Shown here piece after piece: positions 50,751 through 61,223 of a DNA stretch of 64,000 nt (position 1 is its first letter; every line of letters starts with the position of its first letter). The position numbers and the translations under genes were made by a program. A model generated the notes under the pieces. The model did no database searches. It was given only the letters and a program-made list of their open reading frames with translations, and was not told the origin of the DNA. Origin of the DNA: Sedimentisphaeraceae bacterium JB056 (GTDB lineage Bacteria > Planctomycetota > Phycisphaerae > Sedimentisphaerales > Sedimentisphaeraceae). The DNA is taken from positions 343,318 to 407,317 of the forward strand of contig JBITAJ010000029.1 in assembly GCA_044440125.1 (NCBI GenBank), read 5' to 3'.

Positions 50751-51929
50751 ATGAATTTTATCAAAAGATATTTATCAATAATAATACCGGCAGCAATACT
50801 GTTGGTTGCCGTAGTTTTCATAGCGCTTACGTTCATTGTAAATGGCGGAGTTGCCAGTGAGATGGAGAAAAGTATTTCGACAGGCAGAAGAGTTTCTTCT
50901 CTTGCCTCTCAGGTGCCTTCTGAACAGCAGCCTGCAATAGAGAAACAATATCAGGATAAGCATGAGGAAGACGCTCAAAGAATCAAACAGCTTTTCACTG
51001 AAACTACAACACGTCAGCTTATCAGCTATGATATCTTCCCAGAGCCAGTTGATACATCACGTCAGCTTTTTACTAATTATGGTAATGACTATCGCGCAAA
51101 GATAGAAGAGCTTGTGGCAAGTATGAATGCTGTTGATGCTCCAAGTGACAGTGAGATATCTGCACTGCTGGCCGGTACAGGGCAGAGAGCAAGAGCAGAA
51201 GAAAATAACCTTATAGTTGAGGCTTACTGCAAAGACAGAGCTTTGAAAGCCAAAGTATATGCTTCGCCAAACATACTTTCATGGTTTGATTTTTGGTATA
51301 AGTATAAGTTTGTTTCACAAAATATAGCAGTTATTGACTGCTGGAATTCACAGGTGGCGTACTGGATTTATGAGGATGTGGTTGAGACAGTAAATCAGCT
51401 TAATGAATCTTCACGATCAATAGTTGATGCTCCTCTTAAAAGAATTGTAGGTGTAAGCTTTACTCAGAGTGCTGACGGCCAAGTGCAGAGGGGAGCAAAG
51501 ACTTCTACTATTGACCAGCCTATATACATAACGGAAGAGACACCATCTATTTTTGTCGCGGAAACATGGACAAACAGAAGATGTGATGAGAATGTTGATG
51601 TAATACATTTCAGCCTTTCCGTTATTGTAGCAGTTGATGAAATGCCTCAGTTTATGGAGGCTCTCTGCAGTTCTAAAACTCATACTTTCATGGGATGGGA
51701 TGGACAGGCACAGCCTAAAGAATGTGAGAGAAATCAGATAACCATATTGAAATTTGACACTGTGCCGGTTGAGCGTGACAGCGATCAGCATAAATATTAT
51801 CGTTATGGTAAGAATGCAGTTGTTCAATGGACAGGTGTTTGTGAATATGTCTTTTCACGTGAGGCTTACGAATCAGTGATGCCTGAAAGTATTAAAGAAA
51901 AGATAAGCGGTCAGGAAGACGATCGTTAA
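50751..51929 (+). CDS. Membrane-anchored pilus-cluster protein (PilO-like position)
   Basis: N-terminal transmembrane helix and coiled coil; co-transcribed with pilM. Confidence 0.55.
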   Translation: MNFIKRYLSIIIPAAILLVAVVFIALTFIVNGGVASEMEKSISTGRRVSSLASQVPSEQQPAIEKQYQDKHEEDAQRIKQLFTETTTRQLISYDIFPEPVDTSRQLFTNYGNDYRAKIEELVASMNAVDAPSDSEISALLAGTGQRARAEENNLIVEAYCKDRALKAKVYASPNILSWFDFWYKYKFVSQNIAVIDCWNSQVAYWIYEDVVETVNQLNESSRSIVDAPLKRIVGVSFTQSADGQVQRGAKTSTIDQPIYITEETPSIFVAETWTNRRCDENVDVIHFSLSVIVAVDEMPQFMEALCSSKTHTFMGWDGQAQPKECERNQITILKFDTVPVERDSDQHKYYRYGKNAVVQWTGVCEYVFSREAYESVMPESIKEKISGQEDDR

Positions 51930-51986
51930 AATTCGACCGGACTAAGCATATAATAGAGATCATCGTAATTTTAGGCGAGAAACATA

Positions 51987-53897
51987 ATGAGCAGAAGCAA
52001 GGAAAATATATTAGAGCAGTATGCACATTTTATAATTTTGGGCGTTGCCGGATTAGTCGCGGCGGCCTTGTTATTTAAGTTTGTGATAATGAGTCCCAAC
52101 TCTGACGATTTTATGGGGCAGACGGTTACACCTTCAAATGTTGACGAGACAGTTAAAGATTATTCCAGACGAATAGAGAGCGGTCTTCAAAGTGATCCGG
52201 AACCTAAAGGCAGGTATGCCTCTAAGGCTCCTAAGTTTGAGAGTCTTCTCGATAATTCTCTGGAAGGTATAGAGCTTTCTTACTTCACGTTCCCCGGTGA
52301 GGATTCGGCGGCTACAGAAAGCTTGAGAGAATATGCCGTACCTGAGCTTCCTTCACCAAAGGATATGGTTGCAGATGATTTGAGAACGGTTGCTCATGTA
52401 CCTGTTGTTCAGCTTCAGATAGAAGACAGTTATGATACGATAGCTACGAATGTTGAAGATGTTGATGTTGTTACTGTTCAGGCCACAGTAGATATGACTT
52501 CTCTTTATGAGAGCTTTGAAAGAACATTTGCCGGCAGAAGCCTGAAAGCCCAGTGGCGTGATCCTGCACTTGCAAAAGTTATATTCGCTGGTGTTCAGCT
52601 TCAGAGGCAGGAACTTGTGGCAGGGCAATGGACTGATTGGCAAGTTGTGCCGAGAACAAAGATTGACAAGTACAGCAACACTTTTTCCGAAGTCTACGGA
52701 TCGGATGACCCTTCTTCTGCCGAGATACTTATGCCGCAGTTTATAATTCCTGAATTGTGGAAAGACTCACTGCAGCCTCCAATGTACGATGTGGCACAGC
52801 TTGATTTCAACTGGTATCCTCCTGCATTGCTTGGAGACTATCAGAAGGAATTAGAAAATCTGGAGAAGGAACGTCAGAGAGCGGAAAGAGAAGCATCAAG
52901 AACTTCTACTCGTGACCGTCGTGACACAAGAGACAGAAGAACCACTACTCCTAATGTCGGCGGTGGTGATATGGGTGGAATGGGAATGCCTGGTATGGGT
53001 GGAATGGGCGGAGGGATGCCCGGTATGGATACTGGAAATACCCGAGAAAGAAGAACACGCGATACCAGACGGACAACAAGAGAAGAGACTCCTTCAAGAG
53101 TTCAGCAAAGCCGTGATTTCGATAGAGAATACAATGATCTGTTGATAGGTGAAAATGAAGATCTCAGCCGTCTTCGTGATGATGTTGTTGTGTGGGCTCA
53201 TGATGATACTGTCGAGCCAGGCAAAACTTATCGTTACAGACTGCGTTACGGTGTCTTCAATCCTGTTGCTGGAAAAGGATGGTATCCTGATGAATACAGC
53301 GAATATAATGATCAGATAGTATTGTGGAGTCAGTTTACAGATGTAACCGATCCTTTCCATATAGATCTGCGTCAGTATATTTTCCCGACAGGTGTAAAGG
53401 CCAATGGTGTTGTTGTCAAGGTTGCAAAGCTGAATCTTGGTAACTGGCAAACTCATGACTTCTTTGTTAATCCGGGCGAGTTCATAGGTTATGAAGTTGA
53501 GCAGGAGAAGAAGGTTGCAACAACAACCAGATACAATCGTGATCTTAAGGATAACGAAACAGAGACAGAGACTGTTGACTATTACACCGGTATTGTATTC
53601 CTTGATCTTGTTGATGTTAAAGATTGGGAGCTTGCCGGCGTTGTAAAAGAGCGTACTTATCAGTCAATGGTTTATTCAGAGGACAATAATATACTTTCTC
53701 TGCCAACAAAAGACCGTTTCTGGCCTCAAACTCTTGTCGATGCTCAGAAGATGATAAACAGCAGCTCTGAAAAAATTGTTGAGATATCTACAGACCGTAA
53801 TTCTACCGGCAGAAGTACTGGCGGAATGGGCGGTGAAGGAATGGGTATGCCTGGCATGGGTATGCCGGGAATGGGCATGCCTGGTATGGGTATGTAA
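51987..53897 (+). CDS. Membrane-anchored pilus-cluster protein with Gly/Met-rich tracts
   Basis: N-terminal transmembrane helix, D-TVEPGKTYRYR-R----NP motif and MGMPG repeats. Confidence 0.6.
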   Translation: MSRSKENILEQYAHFIILGVAGLVAAALLFKFVIMSPNSDDFMGQTVTPSNVDETVKDYSRRIESGLQSDPEPKGRYASKAPKFESLLDNSLEGIELSYFTFPGEDSAATESLREYAVPELPSPKDMVADDLRTVAHVPVVQLQIEDSYDTIATNVEDVDVVTVQATVDMTSLYESFERTFAGRSLKAQWRDPALAKVIFAGVQLQRQELVAGQWTDWQVVPRTKIDKYSNTFSEVYGSDDPSSAEILMPQFIIPELWKDSLQPPMYDVAQLDFNWYPPALLGDYQKELENLEKERQRAEREASRTSTRDRRDTRDRRTTTPNVGGGDMGGMGMPGMGGMGGGMPGMDTGNTRERRTRDTRRTTREETPSRVQQSRDFDREYNDLLIGENEDLSRLRDDVVVWAHDDTVEPGKTYRYRLRYGVFNPVAGKGWYPDEYSEYNDQIVLWSQFTDVTDPFHIDLRQYIFPTGVKANGVVVKVAKLNLGNWQTHDFFVNPGEFIGYEVEQEKKVATTTRYNRDLKDNETETETVDYYTGIVFLDLVDVKDWELAGVVKERTYQSMVYSEDNNILSLPTKDRFWPQTLVDAQKMINSSSEKIVEISTDRNSTGRSTGGMGGEGMGMPGMGMPGMGMPGMGM

Positions 53898-53911
53898 TAT
53901 TTCTGAAATAT

Positions 53912-53939
53912 AAGGCGGTCTGTTTTAACAGGCCGCTTT
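53912..53939 (+). terminator. Terminator after the pil cluster
   Basis: AAGGCGGTCTGTT-TT-AACAGGCCGCTTT. Confidence 0.65.
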
Positions 53940-53987
53940 CAAAATAGCAATTTGCCGTTGAAGTTAAAATTTGAAACAGGCAGCAAT

Positions 53988-55622
53988 ATGTTTGTACATA
54001 GTAGTGGGAAATTGAAAATCAGAAAACTTTTAGTATTGAATTTGCCATTTTTATTGTTGGTTTTTTCGCTTTTGATTAGCGGCTGTAAAACTCCCGAAGA
54101 ATACAAAAAAGAAGCCGATGATGAGGTATACGATATCATAAGCAGCAAATGGGGCGATGATATCGGCGGAAAGTACAACTACAAGGTTTCTGATTCTGAG
54201 ACAGATCCAAACGATATCGAAATAAGTCCTTATCAAAATGTTACTGGGCTGGTATCTCTTGCAAAGGCCGTTTCGATTGCTACTGCACAAAACAGAAGAT
54301 ATCAAACACAAAAAGAGAATCTTTATCGTGAGGCTCTTGATCTTACTTTCGTACGTCACGAATTTGCTTTCAGATGGTTTGCTACTCTTGATGAATCATA
54401 CGATAATAATGATGGTGATGAAAAAGTTTCCAGCAGTGGTGATGTAGGCTTCCGTAAACTTTTTGATGACGGCACAACTCTTACCTCAAGCATTGCCGCT
54501 GACTGGCTGAGTTTTTTGACCGGCGATGCTGACACTTCCCTGAAATCGGTTATAAGCGCTACGGTATCAAAACCTCTTTTAAGAGGAGCCGGCAAGGATA
54601 TTGTTCTTGAAGATCTTACTCAGGCTGAGCGTAATGTTCTTTACGAGATACGTTCTTTCAACAGATACCGCAAGGAATTCGTTATTGATGTCATAAGTAA
54701 TTATTATGACGTTTTGCAGAATCTTGATAGTGTTGATAATGCAGAAAATAACTACAAAAATCTTGTGGAGTCTTATGACAGAGCAAAGATGATGGCTGAT
54801 TCAGGAAGGCTTCCACCGTTTCAGGCTGCTCAGACAAAACAAAATATGCTCAGAGCGGAGGATAATCTTACTCAAGCCAGAAGACGATATCAGCAATCGC
54901 TTGATGATTTCAAATTGTTCCTCGGTATAAGTATCGAGTCAGATATAACTCTCGATAGCCGTGAGTTGTCGATTCTTATCGGTCAGGGAATACAATTGCC
55001 AGATTATTCACTTGAAAAGGCCATTGAAGCCGCAAAACTTTTCAGGCTTGATCTTGCTAACGGTGCAGATAGACTTATTGACAGTGAGCGTAAGATAAAG
55101 GTTGCAGAGAACAATCTTCTTGCAGACGTGTCATTGATAGGGAGTGCCAATGTCGGCTCTCGGGGAGATACTGATGCAACAAGTTATAATTTAGCCGGCG
55201 GGGATTATTCGGTTGGTTTGAAAATTGATCTGCCATTAGACAGGAAGGCAGAGCGAAATGCCTATAGAAGAACATTGTTGAGTTATCAGCAAAGTAAAAG
55301 AAATTACGAAGAGCTTTCCGACTCCGTTGAGTTGAGTGTTATTGATGCTAACAGGCGATTAATTGAAGCAGCCAAGAGATTTGATATTCAGCAGCTTAGT
55401 CTTGAACTTGCGAAGGCTCGTGTTGAAAGTACTGATATGCTTGTGAGGGCAGGACGTGCAGCATCAAGAGATTTGCTTGATGCTCAGGATTCATTGCTGA
55501 GTGCTCAAAATGCGAGAACATCGGCTATGGTAGACTATACCATAAATAAGCTTCAGTTTCTTCGTGATGTAGGTTTACTTACTGTAAAACCTGATGGTAT
55601 GTGGGATAAAAAAGAATACTAA
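53988..55622 (+). CDS. TolC-family outer membrane lipoprotein
   Basis: Lipobox LISGC, PLLRG, Y-DVL and GRA--RDLLDAQ. Start uncertain (53952-54012). Confidence 0.85.
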   Translation: MFVHSSGKLKIRKLLVLNLPFLLLVFSLLISGCKTPEEYKKEADDEVYDIISSKWGDDIGGKYNYKVSDSETDPNDIEISPYQNVTGLVSLAKAVSIATAQNRRYQTQKENLYREALDLTFVRHEFAFRWFATLDESYDNNDGDEKVSSSGDVGFRKLFDDGTTLTSSIAADWLSFLTGDADTSLKSVISATVSKPLLRGAGKDIVLEDLTQAERNVLYEIRSFNRYRKEFVIDVISNYYDVLQNLDSVDNAENNYKNLVESYDRAKMMADSGRLPPFQAAQTKQNMLRAEDNLTQARRRYQQSLDDFKLFLGISIESDITLDSRELSILIGQGIQLPDYSLEKAIEAAKLFRLDLANGADRLIDSERKIKVAENNLLADVSLIGSANVGSRGDTDATSYNLAGGDYSVGLKIDLPLDRKAERNAYRRTLLSYQQSKRNYEELSDSVELSVIDANRRLIEAAKRFDIQQLSLELAKARVESTDMLVRAGRAASRDLLDAQDSLLSAQNARTSAMVDYTINKLQFLRDVGLLTVKPDGMWDKKEY

Positions 55623-55710
55623 AATGTTTGATAGAAAACTGACCTGCCTTACTTCTTAAGATGTGGTCTTGTTTTGTGAACGAAATATGTTTTGAGATCG
55701 GATCAGTATT

Positions 55711-57372
55711 ATGATTTCAGGAAAAAAAATAATAGCAGCGTTAGTGGTTATTGCCGTTTTAAGCGGTATCGTTATGTTCGTCAAGGGAGGCAATAATAGT
55801 TCTTCTACTGATTCTGATGTTATGACGTATACTGTTGCCAGAGGCGACATGACTGTTGATGTTGTAGAGAATGGTACTATTGAGTCTGTTGATGCTTATG
55901 TCGTTAAGTCCAAGGTAGAAGGCAGTACCACTATAATAAGCATTATTCCTGAAGGCGAGACCGTGAGCGACGAGGATGTTAAAAACAAACGTATACTTGT
56001 CGAACTCGATTCCTCAGGCTTGCGTGAAAAAATATCACAGCAGGAGATTACATATAACTCTGCTATGGCCAGTCTAACGGAAGCGAAAGAGTCTCTTGAT
56101 ATACAAAAGAATCAGAATGATTCTGACATACAGCAAGGTAAACTCACCGTACAGTTTGCGTTGATGGATTTGCAAAAATATTTCGGTGAAAAGCTTGCCG
56201 ATGAGGTGATATCCAGTGAGGTTTATGAAAAGGACCCGCTTGAGATAGTGAAGCTTGTCAATCACGATGATATAGGCGGTGAAGCTCTTCAGAAAAAGCG
56301 TCAGCTTAATTCCGATATCGATTTGAAAATCGAAGATCTTGAAAGAGCTAAATACGACCTTTACTGGACAAAACAGCTTGCAGAAAAGGACTATGTTGCA
56401 GGCTCAGACCTTAAAGCAGATGAGTTGAAAGTAAAACGTCTTGAGGTTGATGTTGAACGTGCGCAGACAAGCCTTGGTCTTTTTGAAAGATATGAATTCG
56501 TTAAGCAGGCCAGAAAACTCATAAGTGATTATAATGAAGCCCAAAGAGAGCTTGAAAGGATTGAGGCCAGATCTCGTTCGAAACTTGCCCAATCTGAGGC
56601 GAAGCTGAAAAGCCAGGAAGCTACATTCAATCTTCAAAAAGAACGTTTTGAAAAACTCCAGGAACAGATAGAGGCTTGCGTTATCTATGCAGAAGTACCT
56701 GGTATGGTTGTGTATGCTTCCACTAATAACAGGTGGGGTGGTTCCAGAACCAATATTGATGTTGGTGAGGCGGTCCGTGAGCGCCAGGAGATATTAACTA
56801 TACCTGATTCAACAAAGATGGCCGTGAATATCAAGATACATGAGTCTTCTATTGATAAAGTAAAGCTTGGACAGAAGGCAGTTATCAAGATCGATGCTAT
56901 GCCTGATAAATCTTACAGCGGTACCGTTACTAAAATAGCACCATTGCCAGACCCTCAAAACTTTCTTGCTAATCCTGACATGAAGGTTTATTCTACGGAA
57001 GTGTCAATCGATGGAGAATTCAAGGGGATACGTCCGGGAATGAGTGCTAAGGTTACGATACTTATAAAGACGCTTGATGATGTTATTGTTGTGCCGCTGC
57101 AGTGCGTTGCTTCAAGGTCGGGCAGGAAAGTCTGCTATGTCATGAGAAACGGCAATCCGGAAATGGTTGATGTAGAAACCGGTTCTTACAACAAGAGCTT
57201 TGTTCAGATTGAGCAGGGGCTTGAGCCCGGCATGGAGGTGCTTCTTACTCCTCCTAAGCTCTATGAGACGGACAATAAGAGCAAGGATATCAAAGAGAAG
57301 CCCAAACATAAACCGGGTGAAGGCGGAGCTGCGATGCCTCCAAAAAAAGGGAGAAGGCCTGATGGCAAATGA
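55711..57372 (+). CDS. Membrane fusion protein (MacA/HlyD-like) with long coiled coil
   Basis: N-terminal transmembrane helix, V-RGD, A-VPG-VVY, IHES-I-KVK-GQ, RPGMSA and V-TG...GL-PG. Confidence 0.88.
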   Translation: MISGKKIIAALVVIAVLSGIVMFVKGGNNSSSTDSDVMTYTVARGDMTVDVVENGTIESVDAYVVKSKVEGSTTIISIIPEGETVSDEDVKNKRILVELDSSGLREKISQQEITYNSAMASLTEAKESLDIQKNQNDSDIQQGKLTVQFALMDLQKYFGEKLADEVISSEVYEKDPLEIVKLVNHDDIGGEALQKKRQLNSDIDLKIEDLERAKYDLYWTKQLAEKDYVAGSDLKADELKVKRLEVDVERAQTSLGLFERYEFVKQARKLISDYNEAQRELERIEARSRSKLAQSEAKLKSQEATFNLQKERFEKLQEQIEACVIYAEVPGMVVYASTNNRWGGSRTNIDVGEAVRERQEILTIPDSTKMAVNIKIHESSIDKVKLGQKAVIKIDAMPDKSYSGTVTKIAPLPDPQNFLANPDMKVYSTEVSIDGEFKGIRPGMSAKVTILIKTLDDVIVVPLQCVASRSGRKVCYVMRNGNPEMVDVETGSYNKSFVQIEQGLEPGMEVLLTPPKLYETDNKSKDIKEKPKHKPGEGGAAMPPKKGRRPDGK

Positions 57373-58057
57373 TCGTAAGCCGGTTGTTAATTTTAAGGGA
57401 ATAACAAAGACCTATGATCTTGGGGCTGTTAAAGTAGAAGTTCTCAAAGGTATAGATCTTTGCTTTTATGAAGGTGAGTATTCTGCCATTATGGGGCCCA
57501 GTGGTTCCGGTAAGTCCACTCTGCTCAATATATTGGGCTGTCTTGATAAGCCTACGAGCGGTTCTTACTATTTGCATGATGATGATGTCTCTAAACTTGA
57601 TGACGATCAGCTCAGCAGAATAAGAGGATTGCGTATTGGTTTCATATTTCAGTCGTTCAATCTTATACCTCAGCTTAATGTGCTTGAGAATATTGAAGTT
57701 CCGATGTTTTATCAGGGATTTTCCGAAGAGAAAAGCAGGCACAGGGCAATAGAGCTTGCTGAGATGGTTGGACTTGGCGACAGAGTCAAACACCGTCCTT
57801 TTGAACTTAGCGGAGGTCAGCAGCAGAGGGTTGCTATTGCAAGGTCTTTAGCGAATGATCCACTTATAATACTTGCCGATGAGCCGACAGGAAATCTTGA
57901 CTCTGGCAGTGGAAATGATATTCTCGATCTTCTCGACAAACTCCATGAGTCGGGAAAGACAATAATTGCTGTTACTCACGGGCAGGATGTTGCTTCAAGA
58001 GTGCAGCGAGTGGTCAATATAAATGACGGGATTATTGCAAATGAGGAATTTAAATAA
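57362..58057 (+). CDS. MacB/LolD-type ABC ATPase
   Basis: GPSGSGKST, IGFIFQSFNL, LSGGQQQRVAIAR and ADEPTGNLD. Start at ATG 57362, overlapping the end of the MFP gene. Confidence 0.92.
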   Translation: MANDRKPVVNFKGITKTYDLGAVKVEVLKGIDLCFYEGEYSAIMGPSGSGKSTLLNILGCLDKPTSGSYYLHDDDVSKLDDDQLSRIRGLRIGFIFQSFNLIPQLNVLENIEVPMFYQGFSEEKSRHRAIELAEMVGLGDRVKHRPFELSGGQQQRVAIARSLANDPLIILADEPTGNLDSGSGNDILDLLDKLHESGKTIIAVTHGQDVASRVQRVVNINDGIIANEEFK

Positions 58058-59027
58058 ACATCAAAAAAGTCTTTCTCTTTGTGTGTTTGCCCATGCAATC
58101 CTGTTTGTCTTGATTTTAAGCTCTACCTCCAACGCTCTTGTGCTTCATGAGGATAGGGAGCCGCCGGTCAGTTGGAGCGGCAGGCCATCTTCAAATCTTC
58201 TTGGCAGATGGAGAACTAATGCCTCATGCGTTGCAGTGTCACCTGATTGCGTAGCTACGACGAATCATCAGGGAGGCGGCGTTGGTACTGAAGTTGTTAT
58301 CGGCGGGCAAACTTACTATGTTGCTCGTGTCGAACGTTACGGTACTTCAGATGTGAGAGTTGCCAAATTGCGACTTGCCGATCTGAGCGAATACGCCTCT
58401 TTATATACAGGTTCATCAGAACAGAATAAAGAGATTGTTATAGGGGGCTACGGCAAAGGCAGAGGTGATGAACTAACTAATGAACTCGGAATTGCTTATG
58501 GTTACGCCTGGGCTTCGTCAGGAAATACTGTACTTCGCTGGGGAACGAATAAGGTGGATGATGCGGATGCAAATGTTAATGGTTTTGTTTGTTTGAAGGC
58601 GGATTTCGATGATTCCAATTTTTTTGCGACAGATTATGAGACTGTGATTGCCGGGTACGATTCCGGCGGCGGCTGGTTTATTGACAATGGCAGTCAGTGG
58701 CAGCTTGCCGGCCTTACTTATGCTACGAGCCATGCAGATGAAGCGTGGTTCCTGCCTCCTGATAACTTTTTTGCACATAGAGTCAGTGAATACGCCGACT
58801 GGATAAATACCACGGTCTCAAAATTGGCCAATTGCGGCAGCATGGCGGAGGATATTACTGAGGATTGCATGGTAAATACTGATGACCTTATGGGGTTGGC
58901 GAGTTGGTGGGTGAGTGAGCCTTCATCCAGTCCAGCAAGAGCAAGGGCTGATATTGATGCAGATACAGCCGTAAATATGCTGGATTTTGCCAGATTAGCT
59001 TCGAATTGGAACCAAAATTATTGGTAG
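58041..59027 (+). CDS. Secreted trypsin-like serine protease with double dockerin-like tail
   Basis: TTNH, D-RV-KL, GYG and GYDSGGG; tail ADIDADTAVNMLDFARLASNW. Confidence 0.75.
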   Translation: MRNLNKHQKSLSLCVFAHAILFVLILSSTSNALVLHEDREPPVSWSGRPSSNLLGRWRTNASCVAVSPDCVATTNHQGGGVGTEVVIGGQTYYVARVERYGTSDVRVAKLRLADLSEYASLYTGSSEQNKEIVIGGYGKGRGDELTNELGIAYGYAWASSGNTVLRWGTNKVDDADANVNGFVCLKADFDDSNFFATDYETVIAGYDSGGGWFIDNGSQWQLAGLTYATSHADEAWFLPPDNFFAHRVSEYADWINTTVSKLANCGSMAEDITEDCMVNTDDLMGLASWWVSEPSSSPARARADIDADTAVNMLDFARLASNWNQNYW

Positions 59028-59220
59028 TCGGTTCGTTTATATATCAATTCTTGAATTTTTTCGAGCTTATTGCGGGAAATCTTCGATTTGTGCCGATATC
59101 TAATGGTTATCTTGTGCACAAAAATCACCGTTATTGAAAAGCAAACTTGACTTTTTGGCTCATTAGGGTATATTGAAACCTTTATTTTAATTATTAATTG
59201 GAACGTAAATAGGAATAAAG

Positions 59221-61137
59221 ATGGCTAAGATCAGCTTGCCTGATGGAAAAATAATAGAAGCCGCTGATGGTGCGACTCTTACAGATATAGTAATGCAGAT
59301 AGGTCCTGGACTTGCCAAGGCTGCGATTGCTGCTAAAGTTGACGGAGAATTAGTTGATTTGAGCACGCCGGTTAGCGGTGAAGTATCTCTTGAGATAGTG
59401 ACAAGCCGTGATGAGCTTGGTTTAGAGATAATGCGGCATAGCTGTGCTCATATAATGGCTGAAGCAATTGTTAATATATGGCCTGAAGCCAAACTTGTTT
59501 ACGGGCCGACTGTCAAGGACGGGTTCTATTATGATATAGATCTCGATACTGCCATAACTCCTGATGATTTTCCAAAGATTGAAAAGGAAATGAAGCAGAT
59601 TGTTGAGGCGGATAAGCCGTTTGAGCGTATAGAAATGACTCGCGAAGAAGCTCTTAAAGAGGTTGCCGGCGATAAGTATAAGACCGATAATATCGAAAGA
59701 GCTGCCGGAGATGTTTTGAGCTTCTATAAGCAGGGTGATGGATTCAAGGATCTTTGCCGCGGTCCTCATATCCCATTGACTTCCAAGGTAGGAAGTTTTA
59801 AGGTTATGAGTATTGCCGGAGCTTACTGGCACGGCGATTCTACTCAGAAAGTGCTACAGAGAGTTTACGGAACATGCTGGGCAAACAAAAAAGACCTCAA
59901 AGCATATCTGACAAGACTTGAGGAAGCAAAGAAAAGAGATCACCGAGTACTCGGCAAGAAGCTTGATCTTTTCAGCTTCCATGATGAAGGCCCGGGATTT
60001 GCGTTCCTTCATCCAAAGGGAATGGTTATCTGGAACAGTCTTATAAGTTTCTGGAAGGAACTTCACGATAAATACCGTTATGAAGAGATCAAGACGCCTA
60101 TAATGCTCAATGAGCAACTTTGGCACAAGTCCGGTCACTGGGATAACTATAAGGAAAACATGTATTTCACTACTGTTGATGAGGTGAATTACGCTGTCAA
60201 GCCTATGAATTGCCCCGGCTGCTGTCTTGTTTACAAAACAAATAAGCATTCTTATAAAGAACTGCCTATCAGGTATGCCGAGCTTGGACTTGTCCATCGA
60301 TTTGAGGCAAGCGGTGCTCTTCACGGATTGGTGAGAGTTCGTCAGTTTACTCAGGATGATGCTCATATTTACTGTGTGCCAGATCAGATTGAGCAGGAAG
60401 TTGTGGGTGTTATCAATCTCATACATGAGATGTATGAAGCTTTCGGCTTTAAGGATTTCCACGTTGAGCTTTCTACGAAACCTGAAAAACATATCGGTTC
60501 TGATGAAATATGGGATAAGGCAACAGAAGCACTTCGCGGTGCTCTTGAGCATAAAGAAATGAAGTATCAGATCAATGAGGGCGATGGAGCTTTCTATGGT
60601 CCTAAGATTGATTTCCACATTGAGGATTGTATTGGCAGAAGCTGGCAGCTTGGTACAATACAGCTTGATTTCTCAATGCCTGAGCGATTCGATCTGACAT
60701 ATACAGATTCTGATAATACCGATAAGGCTCCTGTTATGCTTCACAGGGCAATACTTGGTTCTATGGAAAGGTTCATGGGAATCCTGATTGAGCATTACGC
60801 CGGTTCAATGCCGGTATGGCTTGCTCCTGAGCAGGTTCGCGTGCTTCCGATAAGTGAAAAGACAAATGATTTTGCCGCGTCTTTAGTTGAAAAGTTCAAG
60901 GCAGAAGGCATAAGAAGCAGTATTGATACATCCGATGACAAAATCGGTGCAAAGATAGTTCGCGGACATGCTGACAAATTACCGTTTATGGTGGTGGTCG
61001 GACCCAAAGAAGCTGAGCAGGGCGTTGTAAGTCTTCGCCGCAGAGGCTTCAAGGAGAGCGTGACCGTGAATATAGATGAATTCATGAAAATGGTTAAAGA
61101 TAAAGCAGCAAGCAGAAGTCTGGATCTTGATTTCTGA
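59221..61137 (+). CDS. thrS: Threonine-tRNA ligase
   Basis: TGS domain, RHSCAH, DLCRGPH, KRDHR, KPMNCP, RVRQFTQDDAH and GAFYGPKID. Confidence 0.98.
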   Translation: MAKISLPDGKIIEAADGATLTDIVMQIGPGLAKAAIAAKVDGELVDLSTPVSGEVSLEIVTSRDELGLEIMRHSCAHIMAEAIVNIWPEAKLVYGPTVKDGFYYDIDLDTAITPDDFPKIEKEMKQIVEADKPFERIEMTREEALKEVAGDKYKTDNIERAAGDVLSFYKQGDGFKDLCRGPHIPLTSKVGSFKVMSIAGAYWHGDSTQKVLQRVYGTCWANKKDLKAYLTRLEEAKKRDHRVLGKKLDLFSFHDEGPGFAFLHPKGMVIWNSLISFWKELHDKYRYEEIKTPIMLNEQLWHKSGHWDNYKENMYFTTVDEVNYAVKPMNCPGCCLVYKTNKHSYKELPIRYAELGLVHRFEASGALHGLVRVRQFTQDDAHIYCVPDQIEQEVVGVINLIHEMYEAFGFKDFHVELSTKPEKHIGSDEIWDKATEALRGALEHKEMKYQINEGDGAFYGPKIDFHIEDCIGRSWQLGTIQLDFSMPERFDLTYTDSDNTDKAPVMLHRAILGSMERFMGILIEHYAGSMPVWLAPEQVRVLPISEKTNDFAASLVEKFKAEGIRSSIDTSDDKIGAKIVRGHADKLPFMVVVGPKEAEQGVVSLRRRGFKESVTVNIDEFMKMVKDKAASRSLDLDF

Positions 61138-61223
61138 GTTGCAGGATTGTGTTTATTTGAAAGTATGCCGGATATGGTTCCGGTTAGTTTATCAGTTTAA
61201 TATTATTTTTAGGACGTAAAACT

